From NCBI GenBank assembly GCA_964387895.1, contig CAYLWX010000004.1:5303-69302 (forward strand): DNA of 64,000 nt. The letters run 5' to 3'. Below are positions 61,921 to 64,000 of this stretch, piece by piece (position 1 is the stretch's first letter; each line of letters opens with the position of its first letter). The notes beneath the pieces were generated by a model that saw only the letters and a program-made list of their open reading frames with translations, had not been told where the DNA came from and made no database searches. Position numbers and translations under genes: made by a program. The DNA comes from an uncultured Bdellovibrionales bacterium (GTDB lineage: Bacteria; Patescibacteriota; Minisyncoccia; Moranbacterales; UBA2206).

Positions 61921-63162
61921 CTACTTCAACAATCTCTCATAATTATCCGCCCAGTATAAAACTTTTCCGCCGTAATTTACTCCCTTGCCGTCGCAATAGT
62001 TGGCCCAGTTGCCTCCGGCGAGATAGATACAGTAGGCTTTAGCTTCCGCGTTTCGTTTGTGGTCGGTGACACCGCTTACTTTGGAGAGTTTCAGCGCCAT
62101 GGCTACGACTCCGTCCGTCAGACTCCACGGATCCGGAGGGTTATGCCCGGTCACACTCGCGATGGAGTTTCTATATCCAAGCCACGTATCCGGCATAAAT
62201 TGTCCTACCCCCATAGCTCCTCCCGTACCTTTATACCCGGACGGCGGACAGGAGACTTTCAGTTTAGTAAAATCATATTTCAAGCTCTTGGCAATCTCTT
62301 TAAAATCCGCGAGCCGCGCGCCGCTCATGCGGCTTTGTTTATAATTACACCCGCCGGTGTATCGTCCTAAATTAGACTCCACGACAAGCACTCCAAGCAG
62401 GTAATCTTTTCTTATACCCGTAACACGGCTTGCAAATTCCGCCGCGTCAACGATATTTTTATAGCTTACCGCGCTTCCCAGGAGGCTGGTCAGTTCTTTT
62501 TTCAACTTATCTATTTTGGCATTTAATTCTTCCAAAGTAGATTGCGCCTCATAAATATCCGTTTTTATTTCATACTGTTCCCCCTTTTGAATGGTCAAAA
62601 GTTTTTCGTGATCGCTTTTTTTGCCTGCCAGGTCTTCCTTCACTTCTTCCATTTCAGTTTTAGATCCATGAAGAGTATACAACGCTTCCAGCACCTTCTC
62701 TTCCGCGCTAAGCGTACGATTAAAGTTATCATACAAACGGCTAAGATCATCGGGAGCGGCAACGAGTTTTATAAGCGGATCTTCATGATCACTGTAGTAT
62801 ATTTCACGAATATACTCGCTAAGCATCTTTTTGGTAAACTCGATCTTTTTTAAAGAACTTTGCAGCTCCATTTCTTTTCGCTTAATATCGGCTTCCGTTT
62901 CTTTAAGCAAGCCCCGGGTCTGGTTTACCTGAACCTGGGTTTTTGATAGCAGATTCCTGCTTTGCTCCAATTGTTTCTGGGTTTTTGCCTTTTTTTTCTC
63001 TATAGCCTCTATTTGATCCTCCAGCTTGTCCTGCTTTTCTTCAATGTTATCCGAAGAAACAGTTTCTGCCGCATGTAAAATAAAACTTCCCCGGTAAAAA
63101 AGAAAGAGGGAAAGAAGAATTATTATGGTTATTAAAAATTTTGATGATTTATACAATAACAT
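61921..63162 (-). CDS. Lytic murein transglycosylase (MltB/SLT_2-like) with N-terminal signal peptide and long coiled coil
   Basis: 413 aa with signal/anchor FLITIIILLSLFLFY and a ~200-aa heptad-rich segment. The C-terminal domain contains GAMGVGQFMPDTW, the MltB-type catalytic-site motif (GxMGxxQFMPST W). Confidence 0.6.
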   Translation of the reverse strand: MLLYKSSKFLITIIILLSLFLFYRGSFILHAAETVSSDNIEEKQDKLEDQIEAIEKKKAKTQKQLEQSRNLLSKTQVQVNQTRGLLKETEADIKRKEMELQSSLKKIEFTKKMLSEYIREIYYSDHEDPLIKLVAAPDDLSRLYDNFNRTLSAEEKVLEALYTLHGSKTEMEEVKEDLAGKKSDHEKLLTIQKGEQYEIKTDIYEAQSTLEELNAKIDKLKKELTSLLGSAVSYKNIVDAAEFASRVTGIRKDYLLGVLVVESNLGRYTGGCNYKQSRMSGARLADFKEIAKSLKYDFTKLKVSCPPSGYKGTGGAMGVGQFMPDTWLGYRNSIASVTGHNPPDPWSLTDGVVAMALKLSKVSGVTDHKRNAEAKAYCIYLAGGNWANYCDGKGVNYGGKVLYWADNYERLLK

Positions 63163-63180
63163 AGTACGGCTACATAATTC

Positions 63181-63212
63181 ATGTCATTCCCATGTAGACG
63201 GTAATGACAAAT
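63181..63212. repeat. Solo, degenerate MITE-type hairpin
   Basis: ATGTCATTCCCATGTAGACGGTAATGACAAAT. It resembles a single collapsed terminus of the MITE family. Lies 19 bp upstream of the transglycosylase start. Confidence 0.5.
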
Positions 63213-63267
63213 TTTAATTTTTGCCTTTAGACTTAATTTAGACTTTTGCTTCTATTATACCACAAAT

Positions 63268-63297
63268 AAAAAATCCCGATTTCTCGGGATTTTTTTG
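63268..63297. terminator. Bidirectional rho-independent terminator downstream of rplY
   Basis: The hairpin ATCCCGA-TTTC-TCGGGAT is flanked by AAAAA upstream and TTTTTTT downstream. Confidence 0.7.
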
Positions 63298-63313
63298 CTT
63301 TCTTCTGACTTCT

Positions 63314-63982
63314 TTATTCTTTCTTCTCTTCTCCTTCCGGAGCAGTTTCTGCTTGTTTTACTACTCCCTCGACTTTTGTCACGTCAGCTTCCACCTTTTG
63401 CTCCAATGCTTCCATTTCCTGCTCTGATCGAGGAGGAGCCACTAAAGCGATTACGGTCTCAGGATCAAGCGCCACTTCCACTCCTTTCGGAATCGACAAG
63501 TCTCTTACTAAAATATGGTCTTCGAATGTTTTTATCCTGGAAATATCCACCTTAATATCCGAAGGAATATCTCCCGGCAAACACTTAATTTCCAGTTTGT
63601 CCACACTTTTCACTAATACTCCGCCTGCCTCCTTCACGGCCGGAGATTCTCCCATAAACGAAAGTTCCACTTCCGTTTCAATTTTTTCATCCATTCTTAC
63701 CTCGAAAAAATCAACATGAATGTAATTTCCGCTTATCGGATCTCTCTGCATTTCCTGGATGATTACGTTTCTGTTGCCGCTATCTTCCAGGGATAAATCA
63801 ATCAGCGAATTTTCTCCGGATTTTTTGATTAGCCTCTTTAATTCCAACATATCCACCCACAGATTTTGAGAAGAAGAATTATTTCCATATATTACTGCCG
63901 GCACTCTTCCTTCCTTTCTGCCTCGGTTCACTTTTTTCCCCAGCTCTTGTCTTACCTTTGCATAAAGATTTACTTTGTCCAT
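63314..63982 (-). CDS. rplY: 50S ribosomal protein L25 / general stress protein Ctc
   Basis: From the Met at 63982: MDKVNLYAKVRQELGKKVNRGRKEGRVPAVIYG..., with an acidic C-terminal extension typical of Ctc-type L25. Confidence 0.85.
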   Translation of the reverse strand: MDKVNLYAKVRQELGKKVNRGRKEGRVPAVIYGNNSSSQNLWVDMLELKRLIKKSGENSLIDLSLEDSGNRNVIIQEMQRDPISGNYIHVDFFEVRMDEKIETEVELSFMGESPAVKEAGGVLVKSVDKLEIKCLPGDIPSDIKVDISRIKTFEDHILVRDLSIPKGVEVALDPETVIALVAPPRSEQEMEALEQKVEADVTKVEGVVKQAETAPEGEEKKE

Positions 63983-64000
63983 ATGATTATACATTAAAAG

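Noticed and set aside
1-64000. rRNA, tRNA or tmRNA genes
   Set aside because: No stretch longer than ~250 bp lacks a convincing ORF. The non-coding gaps are occupied by the repeat elements described, and none shows tRNA cloverleaf features on inspection.

Overview
This 64-kb window is bacterial chromosomal DNA and is about 90% coding. Most genes sit on the minus strand, overlap by 4-11 nt, and run as long operons. The gene content (very many GT2, GT4 and GT-C glycosyltransferases, mid-40s % GC, small hypothetical proteins) is compatible with an uncultured or streamlined lineage, but I cannot assign taxonomy from sequence alone.

Major regions, in order:
- 1 to ~21,000: a markedly lower-GC surface-glycan island. 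It holds GT2, GT4 and GT-C-like genes, a Wzx-type flippase, a tandem dual-domain SAM methyltransferase, and an unusual nucleotide-sugar operon (PseB/CapD dehydratase, DegT aminotransferase, FdtA-like cupin isomerase, ATP-grasp ligase, HAD and HD hydrolases, two SDR epimerases).
- 21,583-24,212: a toxin-antitoxin / abortive-infection islet (HEPN-MNT pair and AbiEi/AbiEii) wedged into the glycan locus.
- 24,291-34,536: a B12-binding radical-SAM enzyme, more glycosyltransferases, a SpoIID/LytB protein with a Lys/Tyr-rich linker, UDP-glucuronate decarboxylase, and a Wzt/TagH-like ABC ATPase with no adjacent permease.
- 34,691-42,132: a five-gene operon of unknown function. It includes a 1270-aa and a 782-aa highly charged protein, plus a GxxExxY gene bounded by perfect 15-bp inverted repeats.
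- 42,305-53,177: two GT39/PMT-like mannosyltransferase-type genes, then FtsQ-like, HolB, two GT4, MreB and MurA.
- 53,387-63,982: an alpha/beta-hydrolase giant protein, a SWIM zinc-finger protein, a low-GC EcoRII-family restriction-modification island with Vsr, then LexA, an MltB-like transglycosylase and ribosomal protein L25.

Repeats and mobile DNA. The window carries two MITE-like families with hairpin termini, five copies in all. The ~185-bp type is at 25,823-26,010 and 31,422-31,608; the ~155-bp type is at 48,052-48,212 and 53,187-53,337; a solo hairpin is at 63,181-63,212. A 150-bp nested-hairpin intergenic repeat occurs twice, at 43,934-44,085 and 49,432-49,585. GGAAATT/GGGAATT heptamer tracts lie in-frame in a GT4 gene and at the MreB/MurA junction. 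A 12-mer containing a perfect DnaA box is shared by the lexA promoter and the divergent promoter at ~42.2 kb.

No rRNA, tRNA or CRISPR array was recognised. Every call rests on reading the supplied translations and the nucleotide sequence; no database search was run.
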